Assembly (NCBI GenBank): GCA_048887225.1
Contig: JBHLJY010000011.1
Coordinates: 13,326-77,325, forward strand
Origin: Candidatus Hodarchaeota archaeon
Lineage (GTDB): Archaea > Asgardarchaeota > Lokiarchaeia > Sigyniarchaeales > SOKP01
DNA: 64,000 nucleotides
Reading direction: 5' to 3'
Numbering within the stretch: the stretch's first letter is position 1; each line of letters starts with the position of its first letter. A program made the translations under genes and the position numbers. Shown here in pieces: positions 10,094 to 20,014 of this stretch. Under the pieces are notes generated by a model, which was given only the letters and a program-made list of their open reading frames with translations, did no database searches and was not told the DNA's origin.

Positions 10094-11104
10094 TTAAATC
10101 CTTGTACCTCTTATAAAAGGCTCCATTATCGATGGATTTAATATTTCGATTATCTCTAAGATTTCTGAATAGATGCTTATTACTTTTGCACCACTAAAAA
10201 TTCCAATTAAGCATTTTGAAGAATCAATGTTTAATGCTATAATTTTCTTTTCAGAATAATCTGTGAATTTACAATAATTTTTTAATTCACTAATAAGAAT
10301 ATTGGTAGCTGGATCGTTAATTTTTGCAGCTATATTTAATCTTACTTTATTTGGCATTTCTTTTATAATATCTATTAATTCATATTTACTTAAATCTTGA
10401 ATATCAGGTAAAACTAACCTTATATTACTTTTCGCTTGAGGCAAAATTTTTTTCAAAAGCTCGAATATATCTTCCATATTCGATATTATCTTAGTGCTTC
10501 TTTCAGCAACTTTTTCGATTTCTTTTTTTTGTCCTTGATAAGATCTTTCCAATTCTTCTTCTAAATCCTTAATCTTCTCCTCAAATTCTCTTATTGTTTC
10601 TTTTTCTTGGACTTCCAGATTTTTGTCTTTTTTAACTAGCTTGTCAATTTGCATACTTTTACTAAGGAGCTCGGAACTTGATTTTTTAAACTTTTCTCTC
10701 AAATCCTCAATGATTTGATTATTATGCTGTATTTGCAGTTCTTTTTCTTTTATCTGTCCTAGAATATCGTGCTTACTTTCTAATATTACAGATTTTTCTT
10801 TAAGTAAATTCTCCTTATCTTGAAATAATTCATCAATTTTTTTCTCTTTTAATTCTAATTTGTCCTCAAAATTCTGCTTTTCATTTTCTAAGGAATCAAT
10901 TCTTTCGTTTAAATTTTTTATCTCTGCTTCCAGAATTTTAATTTCAGATTGAAGTTTTTGAATTTCTCCAGAAAATTCTGCTTCTTTATTCTTATACCTA
11001 TTTAATTTTGCCGTTAACTCCGAGATTTTCTCCCTTGATTTGTTAAGTTCTGATATTAATTCTGGTTTTTTTCTCTTTTCATATGTCAAGTTTAATAAAA
11101 ACAC
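10094..11104 (-). CDS. Coiled-coil protein with C-terminal alpha/beta (TrmB/PLD-like?) domain
   Basis: About 200 aa of E/K heptad coiled coil, then a globular domain (AKSNIRLVLP, IIALNIDSSKCLIG). Domain call tentative. Confidence 0.7.
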   Translation of the reverse strand: MFLLNLTYEKRKKPELISELNKSREKISELTAKLNRYKNKEAEFSGEIQKLQSEIKILEAEIKNLNERIDSLENEKQNFEDKLELKEKKIDELFQDKENLLKEKSVILESKHDILGQIKEKELQIQHNNQIIEDLREKFKKSSSELLSKSMQIDKLVKKDKNLEVQEKETIREFEEKIKDLEEELERSYQGQKKEIEKVAERSTKIISNMEDIFELLKKILPQAKSNIRLVLPDIQDLSKYELIDIIKEMPNKVRLNIAAKINDPATNILISELKNYCKFTDYSEKKIIALNIDSSKCLIGIFSGAKVISIYSEILEIIEILNPSIMEPFIRGTRI

Positions 11105-11341
11105 CTTAACTATTTAAAAACTCCTTCTAGCGATTAATATAAATTATTACTATTAAATAATTATTAGTCAATCCAAAATTATATTTTTACCTATTTTTCA
11201 TAATTACTACACTTATTAATATAAATATATGAAATCTAAAATGCTTGATCAAAAATATTGTATTATAATTGAAGATGTGTTTTAATACCAAAGAAAAAGA
11301 AATATTAACAATTGATTTATTAATTATTAAAAAAATTATAG

Positions 11342-11414
11342 CGACCCTGGCAGGATTCGAACCTGCGACCTTCGGATTAGAAGTCCGATGCCCTATCCAC
11401 TAGGCTACAGGGTC
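11342..11414 (-). tRNA. tRNA-Arg(TCT), no CCA, no intron
   Basis: Reverse complement GACCCTG-TAGCCTAGTGGATAGGGCA-TCGGA CTTCTAA TCCGA-AGGTC-GCAGGTTCGAATCCTGC-CAGGGTC-G. Confidence 0.97.
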
Positions 11415-11636
11415 TGATAAAAAATCTATACTAAAATCTTTATTGTATACTATATTTCCTTTGGATATTTCATTATATCCAATGAAATCTAAAAATATTT
11501 GTATGTCTAAAAGACTCTTAAAATTATTAATAATAAGGTTTTTTGTAATTTTATATTTTTAGTTAAGTAATAAATTATTAATATATCATTTTTATTACAT
11601 TAAAAATCTTAGATTAGTTTAAGGTTTAAATGGATT

Positions 11637-12377
11637 ATGATTAATGATCTCGAATCAATGCTAAAGCATCGTGATTTTTATCATCAAAGTATTAAATACA
11701 GTTTTAACTGGAATCTAAAAAATCATAAAGAAAAACTTAACCAATTGAGCTCTACTCAAGAAGAGATTAAAAAACTTGGAAGCTATCTTAAAAAAGTTTA
11801 TCAAGGTTCAATACCAAACATTCTATTTAATAGAAGAGATATTCCCAGAGTTTCTCAATTTAAGATAAGAGGGCTTAAGAATGTCTTCTTAAGAAGTATT
11901 AGTAAGAAATTAATTCGTACCGGGAAGATTATAAAGTTAGGCTCAAACACCAAATTGCCGAATTATACTCGAGAAGTGTACAAAACGTACCGCAAAAATC
12001 AATTTAATAAGACACCTGGCCATGTTCCTATTTTGAAAAACATCTTAATAAAGGATAAGGATTCTATAGCTATTGAGGTTCCAATTTGGATAACGAGTAA
12101 TAATATAAACATTACGGGTCATATAGATTTGATTCAAATCCAAAATGATATCATTAAGGTAATTGATTATAAACCTGAAGGAAATTTTATGTTTTCGCTT
12201 CCACAAGTCGCCATTTATGGACTCTTGATTAAAAAAAATCTTAAAATTAATCGTTTAAAATGCATTTCATTTAATAAATACGAAGGTTGGGAATACAAAC
12301 CAGAAATTTTATTAACAGATGTTAGGGATTATTTAAAATCCCATAAAACACCAAGAAATTGGGAGAATCTTATATAG
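11637..12377 (+). CDS. PD-(D/E)XK (RecB-like) nuclease family protein
   Basis: H...L, AIEVPIW, ITGHIDLIQ, VIDYKP, Q...Y motifs in the C-terminal half. Confidence 0.82.
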   Translation: MINDLESMLKHRDFYHQSIKYSFNWNLKNHKEKLNQLSSTQEEIKKLGSYLKKVYQGSIPNILFNRRDIPRVSQFKIRGLKNVFLRSISKKLIRTGKIIKLGSNTKLPNYTREVYKTYRKNQFNKTPGHVPILKNILIKDKDSIAIEVPIWITSNNINITGHIDLIQIQNDIIKVIDYKPEGNFMFSLPQVAIYGLLIKKNLKINRLKCISFNKYEGWEYKPEILLTDVRDYLKSHKTPRNWENLI

Positions 12378-12392
12378 ATTGAGTACAATTGT

Positions 12393-12653
12393 TTAACCTA
12401 ACTTCTTTTTTGGCTCAGGTATTTTAATTTCCTCTGTTTTTAAATATCTTTTAAAGATAAAATAGCACAAAATTAATGCTAGTAGTTCAACTAAAACACC
12501 AATACCAGATATAACAGTTCCATTATATCCAAAATGTCTTAATAATAAAGCACATCCTAAACCAGAGAACGCAAGTGAAAATAAAATGAATCCTTGAATA
12601 ATCTGCCATAAAGAATCTATTAAATACTGGATTTGCTTTTTAATCCACGACAT
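12393..12653 (-). CDS. Small two-TM membrane protein
   Basis: Two hydrophobic stretches and a basic C-tail. Confidence 0.7.
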   Translation of the reverse strand: MSWIKKQIQYLIDSLWQIIQGFILFSLAFSGLGCALLLRHFGYNGTVISGIGVLVELLALILCYFIFKRYLKTEEIKIPEPKKKLG

Positions 12654-12793
12654 CTAATATAGCTCGTTGAGTGAAAAATTGCTTTAATTTGTAAATAAAT
12701 TAAGTTTGGATGATTTTAATATCTTTGTTATTTTTTTAATTTAAAATAAATTTTCCCTAAAAAGAAGGTGAGTTTTTAATAAATCTACACAAT

Positions 12794-15211
12794 CTATTTT
12801 CCCTTTCTTCTAAATTTGGAATATAAAGCTTTATCTAAGATCTTCCCTATTCTTTTCGCAATTTGCTTAGCGATCTCAAACCTTTCACCTTCAAGCATAT
12901 TTTCTATTTCTCGAGAGGAGGGCGCACGACCTAATCTCTTCTCTAATGTTTTTTCTGTAATCTCAATAATTATATTATATAATTTCTCCTGATTTGGTAA
13001 TTTCATGTCTTTTGCATGTGATTTAATTTTTTCAATAGCAAAATGAAAATATTCAGTAAATAAATCAAGAACATTTCCTTTTAATTCGCTATGAAGTTTA
13101 ATATTACCAATAGCCGTTTTTGTATCTTTTTCTTGCCAATATAATTGATTTGGATTAATCCCTGGACTAGTTATTCTCATAAGCGAAGAAGTAATTCTTC
13201 TTTCTATCCAATTCAGAGTACTAATTTCTTGATGTTTTCTAATTTCTTTCCTTTTCTCTTCTTTTTCTTTTTCTTTAGATTCTATGGTCTGTATAACTTT
13301 TAACTTACGTTTTTCTTCAAATTGTTCAAATTTTTTAATTAAATCATATGCTATACAGTAAGAAATCGGAGAGATTCTTTCTGCTTTTAACATTAATGGC
13401 TTAATATTTTCATAAATTAGACTCGGTTTGTCTTTAAATTCACTTATCCCTTCATTTAAAGGAGTATTTGTTAATCTAGCAAAAATAAATCCATTAACTA
13501 GAAATGGTTGATTTAAAGCATTAAAAATTACAACTAATTCTTTTTGCATTTTTATTATTCGATCTATAATAAGCTCTTCTAATTTTATCCAAATCCATTT
13601 TTCTGAATCTGTAGTTCCGTACATTTTTTTTAAAGCGAGAAGAAACAATGTTTTTTCGTTAGTAATTCTTAAATATACTTCAATAATTCTGCTAATTTGT
13701 CTCACGATTTTTGAAAAGATATAAAAAAAAATTTGCTTTGCTATATTAATTATTATTTCTTCGAAATTCAAAAGTGTTAGAATCTGCGAATAGGAGCTTA
13801 ATTTTAAATCTCGAATGAAAACTCTATCAATTATTTCTTTTTTTCGAACAAATTCGCGAAAATCATCAATAGAGTAGCCAATTTTTTCTTCTAAAATTTT
13901 CCATAATTCTTGAAGTTCTATATCATCTTTATATAACAATTCCAAAATACTGAATTCATTTAGATCTTCGAATCCTTTTATCATCTTGTTGAGAATTGGA
14001 ACACCTAATTCACAAATAGTTTTTTTAGCCATAAAAATTAAATTTTTTTTTTCTTTGTTTAAGTTCATTATATCAAATTTGTCGATGTTATACCTAATCA
14101 TATTTTGTTTTATTTTTTGTGCTAGATCATTATCTGTATTAATTAAATGTAAAAGATTATAGATTCCGTATTTATTTAGCATATAAATTGTTTCTTGAAA
14201 ACTATTTTCATTTAAATTTTGTAAAAAGTATATAAAATCATTCGGATTTGTTCTAAGTTGTTTGATTATTTCCGACTTTAAAAACGATAATACAACTTCT
14301 TCAAATTGATCGTAATTAATTTTCTCTTTAAGGGCACTACTGATTTTTTCTATTAATTGCTTTTTTATATTATTTGCCCTTAAAAAGGTATTTAATCCAG
14401 GAATAGATATTGGAAAACGATTGAAGTTATAATCAATCACTTTACGTTTAATCATTCTGACAGACATAGCTAACATTTGTAACTCTTTATAAGATTTAAA
14501 CTCAAAATCATCCTGAACTTTATTAATAAGCCTATTCAGAGTAGATAATTCAATCACTTTATCTTCTTTCTCTTCCCGTTTCAATTTTTTTTCTATCTCA
14601 ACAGATAAGTCTTTAAAAGCAGAACTTTCCTCTAATATCTCAAATTTGATCTTATTAGTAAGACCAACCAAATCACCAATTAAATCGTAAAAATAAAATG
14701 GAGGGTATTTCAATACAATTTCAATTAAGTCTTGTTCAATATGATCTTCTATTTCTTCTATCAAACTTTTTTTCTGAAGTTCTTTTAGGTTTGATTTCCT
14801 TTCCTCAATTAAAAAAGAAATAATTTTATTCTCCAAATAAATTAATCTATAAAGCAGATCGATTTCTAAATTTAAGGAATCTTTTAGAATTAAAGCAATT
14901 TCGTCAAATAAAATCTTTTTTTCCAAAAGTTCTAAATTTTGGGTTGACTTAATAGTCATTTGGTCCATCTCTAAACTATCTTCAACCCGAATCCCTAAAT
15001 TATGGTATAGATGAATAGAAGCCGTAGCAATTAATAGATCATAAAGTGTGGGGTCTTTATTGATTGAATTCATTAATTCAAATATTTTCTGTTTGTCAGC
15101 CTCTCTTTTATAATGATTAATTATCAAGTCTACAGTTTGAAAAAATCTAAAGGAACTTTCAATAGCTGAAGCTTTTCTTTTTATCCCACTAATCATATCT
15201 CTTTCACCCAT
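12794..15211 (-). CDS. Large helical hypothetical protein (805 aa)
   Basis: Long ORF overlapping the upstream gene by 19 nt; no recognisable motif. Confidence 0.85.
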   Translation of the reverse strand: MGERDMISGIKRKASAIESSFRFFQTVDLIINHYKREADKQKIFELMNSINKDPTLYDLLIATASIHLYHNLGIRVEDSLEMDQMTIKSTQNLELLEKKILFDEIALILKDSLNLEIDLLYRLIYLENKIISFLIEERKSNLKELQKKSLIEEIEDHIEQDLIEIVLKYPPFYFYDLIGDLVGLTNKIKFEILEESSAFKDLSVEIEKKLKREEKEDKVIELSTLNRLINKVQDDFEFKSYKELQMLAMSVRMIKRKVIDYNFNRFPISIPGLNTFLRANNIKKQLIEKISSALKEKINYDQFEEVVLSFLKSEIIKQLRTNPNDFIYFLQNLNENSFQETIYMLNKYGIYNLLHLINTDNDLAQKIKQNMIRYNIDKFDIMNLNKEKKNLIFMAKKTICELGVPILNKMIKGFEDLNEFSILELLYKDDIELQELWKILEEKIGYSIDDFREFVRKKEIIDRVFIRDLKLSSYSQILTLLNFEEIIINIAKQIFFYIFSKIVRQISRIIEVYLRITNEKTLFLLALKKMYGTTDSEKWIWIKLEELIIDRIIKMQKELVVIFNALNQPFLVNGFIFARLTNTPLNEGISEFKDKPSLIYENIKPLMLKAERISPISYCIAYDLIKKFEQFEEKRKLKVIQTIESKEKEKEEKRKEIRKHQEISTLNWIERRITSSLMRITSPGINPNQLYWQEKDTKTAIGNIKLHSELKGNVLDLFTEYFHFAIEKIKSHAKDMKLPNQEKLYNIIIEITEKTLEKRLGRAPSSREIENMLEGERFEIAKQIAKRIGKILDKALYSKFRRKGK

Positions 15212-17502
15212 TCACGATAGACTTCTTTAAAATTATCAGCTAAATCTATTTTAATATTATTTTTACCCCAAAAACGAAAATTAAAGACATGAAAGAAATC
15301 AGCATTAAACAATTCTATTTCTTCGTTAGTCAAATTATGTTTTAAAATTAAAGTTACTGGTTGAGGGATAAGTTTTGAAAAATATTTTAATTCCCTCTCC
15401 TTTAAATAGTTATAAAACGTATCGTTTTCATCAATACTAAAAAATTTATAAGGAATTAATAAATCTTCTTGTAAATTTAATGAGTTTATCTTATTTTCTA
15501 TTTTATTTTTTATATATTTAGGAAATTCTGATTTACTTTGAATGCAAAAATCGTATTGTTTTAAGAAATCTAATAAGTGCTTTTTTTCTATTTCATCTGA
15601 TATTTTTACGATATACCCATCTAAAAACTCTAAAAACTTCTCTATTTTTTGTTCTTTTAATTTCCTCTCTTCTAAATACTTAATAAAATCGTTGTAATTT
15701 TTTTTTAAGTTCCAATCTTTTTGTTCTTCCATTTTAAAAAATTTTTTTGAATAATCTATTATCCATTCAAGTATAAGAGTTTTCCAATCTAAATCGATTC
15801 CACCTATACGCTTTTCTAAAAAACGGTGAAATTTATTAGCAAAAGTTACAGGATCCGATATTTCCTCATCGGGTTCCTCTTTTAAATAGCGGTTAATCGT
15901 AGAGTACCTCAAGATATAACCTAAAAGAAAATCTAATTCGCCAGAATATTTCTTAAATTTGTCAATATGTTTTTTAATAATATTTGAGTCCTTCTCCATC
16001 AAAATTTCAGCAAACGAAACTAAATCGCTGATCTTTAAATCAATTGTATCAAAAAAAATTTGATAATTTTCTTTTATTAAATTAATAACTTCTTTTATTA
16101 AATCTTCCTCATTAAATTTAAATCCTTTTAACGATATTAAGGGATTTATTTCAATTTGATTAAGAAGATATGTATAAAATTTTTCTAAATATTTATGACC
16201 TAAGATTTTCACGGGTTTCTGTTCTTTATCAAACTCTTCCTTCATATCTTTTATAAAAACTATAATTGAAGTTTTTAACCTTCTCCGAGATAAATATTTT
16301 GGTAATGCTTGTTTAATTAATGATATACTATTTCTGAATAGTTCTGAAAAATAGTATGATACTGATTCTAATTCTATTGCTCTTAAAGTCTCTATCTGAA
16401 TAATTGATTGCTTTATAGATTTAATTGCTAAATTACAAATATCCTCAAAATTTTCATGTTCTAATTTTCCTTTTTCCATAATAAACTGCTTATATTTATC
16501 TAAGAGTTCAGTTAAAGTACCTATTTCTCCAGTATTGAGAAAATTTTTAGAATATTCGAAAAATTTATTAAAATAACTCTCTAAATCACCTAAATGTTTT
16601 CCTATTTCTATAATAACTCTTTTAGTTGAACACTGTTCTTCAATATTTCTAATTTTTTCTTCAAGACAACTAATTAGATAAGAGATTATCTCGTCTTGGG
16701 ATTCATCAATCGTACCTGTATTTGCCAAATCTATAAGATCTGTCCCAAGTTTAAGGGTGTTTTCGATAACAAAATTAGCGCTCGGTTCTGAAATTGAAAA
16801 TTTGAGATGATCGATTGCGGTTTGCCCTTTAAATGGTGTTTTTACTTTTTCAAATTGAGAACCTGAAGTTATCATCTCATATGGTCGTTTATACAACAAT
16901 ATTTCTATTTTAGATTTTATTGAAGCAAATGTATTTAACATCTCTTTTTCTGTTGGAAGCCACGTGCTTAATCCTACTAATTTCTTATTCCATTTATCTT
17001 CAATTAATTTCCCATAAAGTTTCATGCTAAAACGAGAGGCAAATAGGTCAATTACGTGTTTTCTTTCTTGGTATTCTAATTCAGGACGATCAGTAAACTC
17101 TTCAACTTCAAAAAATAAACGACTTATTTCAGTTAATTCTTTTCTTGATTTATGAGTATTTAAAACACCTGTTTCTGGTTTTAAAGCAAGCAATAAACTT
17201 TCACAATCTTTATATTTACTAGGAATAAAAATCATTGATTTAGGATATATTTTCATCTGAGAGCTCTTATCTAAGTTAAGAAGTGAAAATTCGATACTAA
17301 ACACCTCAGATCCAGTATAATCTCTTAACATAGCGTTGTACATTCTTAAAAATTTCATGACTTCGACTGAAAGCTCGTTTACTTTCTCTCGCGCCAATTT
17401 ACGTGGGCCGATGACATCTCCAACAATCAAATCTTCATTTGGAGAGGAATATCCAAATATTAGTGAAAATTGATAATTAATAGATTCTCTTGTAGTAATC
17501 AT
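15193..17502 (-). CDS. Large hypothetical protein (769 aa), possible N-terminal longin-like domain
   Basis: Long ORF; first ~165 aa alternate beta/alpha, remainder helical. Confidence 0.85.
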   Translation of the reverse strand: MITTRESINYQFSLIFGYSSPNEDLIVGDVIGPRKLAREKVNELSVEVMKFLRMYNAMLRDYTGSEVFSIEFSLLNLDKSSQMKIYPKSMIFIPSKYKDCESLLLALKPETGVLNTHKSRKELTEISRLFFEVEEFTDRPELEYQERKHVIDLFASRFSMKLYGKLIEDKWNKKLVGLSTWLPTEKEMLNTFASIKSKIEILLYKRPYEMITSGSQFEKVKTPFKGQTAIDHLKFSISEPSANFVIENTLKLGTDLIDLANTGTIDESQDEIISYLISCLEEKIRNIEEQCSTKRVIIEIGKHLGDLESYFNKFFEYSKNFLNTGEIGTLTELLDKYKQFIMEKGKLEHENFEDICNLAIKSIKQSIIQIETLRAIELESVSYYFSELFRNSISLIKQALPKYLSRRRLKTSIIVFIKDMKEEFDKEQKPVKILGHKYLEKFYTYLLNQIEINPLISLKGFKFNEEDLIKEVINLIKENYQIFFDTIDLKISDLVSFAEILMEKDSNIIKKHIDKFKKYSGELDFLLGYILRYSTINRYLKEEPDEEISDPVTFANKFHRFLEKRIGGIDLDWKTLILEWIIDYSKKFFKMEEQKDWNLKKNYNDFIKYLEERKLKEQKIEKFLEFLDGYIVKISDEIEKKHLLDFLKQYDFCIQSKSEFPKYIKNKIENKINSLNLQEDLLIPYKFFSIDENDTFYNYLKERELKYFSKLIPQPVTLILKHNLTNEEIELFNADFFHVFNFRFWGKNNIKIDLADNFKEVYREWVKEI

Positions 17503-17854
17503 TATCTAATAAGTCATCTAATTTTAGTGTTTAATTTAATTATCCAACAATCAAAAAATCTAATCCACACTAATACAACTTTTTAAAAGGTAGATTTTGA
17601 ACCTTTTTTGAATCTAATATAATTTAAATTTATATAATTTTAATGTGTTTTTAGTTGTTTTAAATTTTTTTACACTATTAGAATTAAAATTATTATAAAA
17701 ATCAGTTAAAAAATTTATATATATTATTTATTTTAACTTAAATTCATTCAACTTATATATATAATATTTTTATTAGTAAAATTCATAATAATAATAACAA
17801 TTTATAACTTAATTTTTCGTTAATAAAAAAAACTCGAGGAAATTAACCAATAAG

Positions 17855-18268
17855 GTGATTATGATACAATTTGGAACCGATCTTGGAATTACCAACGACG
17901 ACATAGAGAAGATAAGCCCTCAAATTACGTTTATTACCTCAAATGCAGATATAGAAGCTATTGCTCTTGTGTCTCAAGAGGGCTACCAAATTGCCTTTTC
18001 TGCTCTGCCACAATATCACGTTGATGGAGATCAATTTTGTGGTCTTGCCAGCGCTCTTTTGATGACAGGAAGATCAACGATTCAAACACTATTTCAAGAA
18101 GATTTAAGTGAAGTTATCGTAAGGGCTGAAGATGGATATATTGTTATAACAAATGCAGGGCGCTTAGTAATTGTCTGTGCTGGAACTGTCATCGACACTT
18201 TAATGAAAACTGTAAAAGTTACAAGAATTGCAGCTAAAAATCTTGCCAAAATCTTCGAAGGGAGATAA
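17855..18268 (+). CDS. Roadblock/LC7 (MglB-like) domain protein
   Basis: IEAIALVSQEG.QIA, ASALL..G, EVIVRAEDGYIVI..AG; start GTG 17855 or ATG 17861. Confidence 0.9.
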   Translation: MIMIQFGTDLGITNDDIEKISPQITFITSNADIEAIALVSQEGYQIAFSALPQYHVDGDQFCGLASALLMTGRSTIQTLFQEDLSEVIVRAEDGYIVITNAGRLVIVCAGTVIDTLMKTVKVTRIAAKNLAKIFEGR

Positions 18269-18413
18269 ATCCATTAAATTGGATTAATTTTCTATTAATT
18301 TATAAACTAATTTGTTTAAAGCGATTTACTATTAACGCCTCTTTCATTGGATTAGATCATATCAAATCGATCTCATTTCTAATACTTTTTTAATTTGTAT
18401 AAACTATTAAATT

Positions 18414-18478
18414 CACATTACTATGTGTGTTAATAATTATTGATCCCCAATAATATAATAATACACATTTAAAATGTG
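18414..18478. promoter_or_regulatory. Two CACAT-N4/5-ATGTG inverted repeats flanking a TATA-like box upstream of trpB2
   Basis: CACATTACTATGTG (18414-18427) and CACATTTAAAATGTG (18464-18478), with TATATAAA at ~18454-18461 between them. Confidence 0.4.
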
Positions 18479-18494
18479 GAAATAAACAAAATAA

Positions 18495-19907
18495 ATGGTA
18501 ATTACAATGGTGGATTATTTTAACTCTAGAATTTTATTGCAACCAAGCGAAGTACCTAAAGAATGGATTAATATATTACCTGATTTGCCCTCCCCTATGA
18601 CGCCTTTAGTCAATCCTATGGATGGAAGACCAGCACCACCAGAGATGGCTTTTGCAATCTTTCCTAAAGAATGTGTGCTCCAAGAAGTATCTCAAGAACC
18701 TGTCATTCCCATCCCAAATGAATTAAGGGAGATATTTGCAAAAACATATAGGCCTTCTCCACTCCATCGTGCTTTAGGCTTAGAAAAAGCATTAGGAATA
18801 GAAGGAGACGATATAAAAATTTTCTATAAAAATGAATCTTACTCACCTACAGGCTCACATAAGCCAAATACAGCTATAGCACAAGCTTACTATGCTAAAA
18901 AAGATGGACTCAAAGAATTGGTAACAGAAACAGGCGCTGGACAATGGGGTTCTGGACTTTCTTACGGATGTAATTTATTTGGAATTAAATGTACTGTTTA
19001 TATGGTTCGAGCAAGTTTTTTACAAAAACCAGGCAGGAAAATTTTAATGAGGTCTTATAATGCTGAAGTTCACGCGAGTCCTTCGAAATTTACTGAATCT
19101 GGAAGTGTTTTTCTAGAAAAAGACCCAGAACACCCTGGTAGTTTAGGAATCGCCATATCTGAAGCAGTAGAACACAGTTTAAGAAGTGATACTATAAGAT
19201 ATTCTCTTGGAAGCGTTGTAAACTTTGTTTTATTGCACCAAACAATTGTAGGTCAAGAGGCAAAGATGCAACTTAACAAAATTGGAGTGAAGCCTGATGT
19301 TGTAATTGGATGTATGGGAGGCGGTTCTAATTTCTCAGGTTTAATGATTCCTTTTGCCAGAGACAAATTATATGGAACACTCCCGGATGTAGAAATAATA
19401 GGTGTGGAACCACGGGCATGTCCAAGTGTTTGTAAAGGAGAATATAGATGGGATTTTGGAGATACTTCTATGAAAGGACCCATAGTAAAAATGCACACGT
19501 TGGGACATACATTTATTCCAAGTCCAATTCACGCAGGAGGATTAAGATATCATGGAATAGCCCCTATTGTTTCAATTTTACATAACAATAAGGTGATTTC
19601 ATCAACTATGCATCATCAAACTGAAGTAATAGAGGCAGGGCTTCAGTTTACAAGAACTGAAGGAATCCTTCCAGCACCTGAAACAGCCCATGCTGTAAAA
19701 GAGGCAATTGATCAAGCATTAAAAGCTAAAGAAAACAACGAAAAAAAAGTTATATTATTTAACTTCAGCGGTCATGGCTTTTTTGATTTATTGGCTTATA
19801 AGGAATATATGACTGGCGATTTGCGAGACTATGAATTGCCGACAATGGAAATTCAGAAAGCTTTAACATCTCCCGAAATGCCAAATATCGATGAATCTCA
19901 ATTTTAA
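18495..19907 (+). CDS. trpB2: TrpB2 (tryptophan synthase beta-like PLP enzyme)
   Basis: RPSPL.RA..LE, SPTGSHKPNTA, TETGAGQWG, GSLGIAISEA, GGGSNF, IHAGGLRYHG, SGHG; no trpA nearby. Confidence 0.95.
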   Translation: MVITMVDYFNSRILLQPSEVPKEWINILPDLPSPMTPLVNPMDGRPAPPEMAFAIFPKECVLQEVSQEPVIPIPNELREIFAKTYRPSPLHRALGLEKALGIEGDDIKIFYKNESYSPTGSHKPNTAIAQAYYAKKDGLKELVTETGAGQWGSGLSYGCNLFGIKCTVYMVRASFLQKPGRKILMRSYNAEVHASPSKFTESGSVFLEKDPEHPGSLGIAISEAVEHSLRSDTIRYSLGSVVNFVLLHQTIVGQEAKMQLNKIGVKPDVVIGCMGGGSNFSGLMIPFARDKLYGTLPDVEIIGVEPRACPSVCKGEYRWDFGDTSMKGPIVKMHTLGHTFIPSPIHAGGLRYHGIAPIVSILHNNKVISSTMHHQTEVIEAGLQFTRTEGILPAPETAHAVKEAIDQALKAKENNEKKVILFNFSGHGFFDLLAYKEYMTGDLRDYELPTMEIQKALTSPEMPNIDESQF

Positions 19908-20014
19908 ATTTTTTTTTTTATTTATTTTTATAAAATCTTTGTTTTTATTAAATCAAAATTTTAAAATTAGAGAGTAAATTTAATTTATTATTAATATTAA
20001 GAGTTTGGTAATTA

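Noticed and set aside
10034-12400. Island integrated at tRNA-Arg
   Set aside because: No duplicated tRNA 3' end (att) or integrase, and the nuclease lies on the tRNA 5' side.
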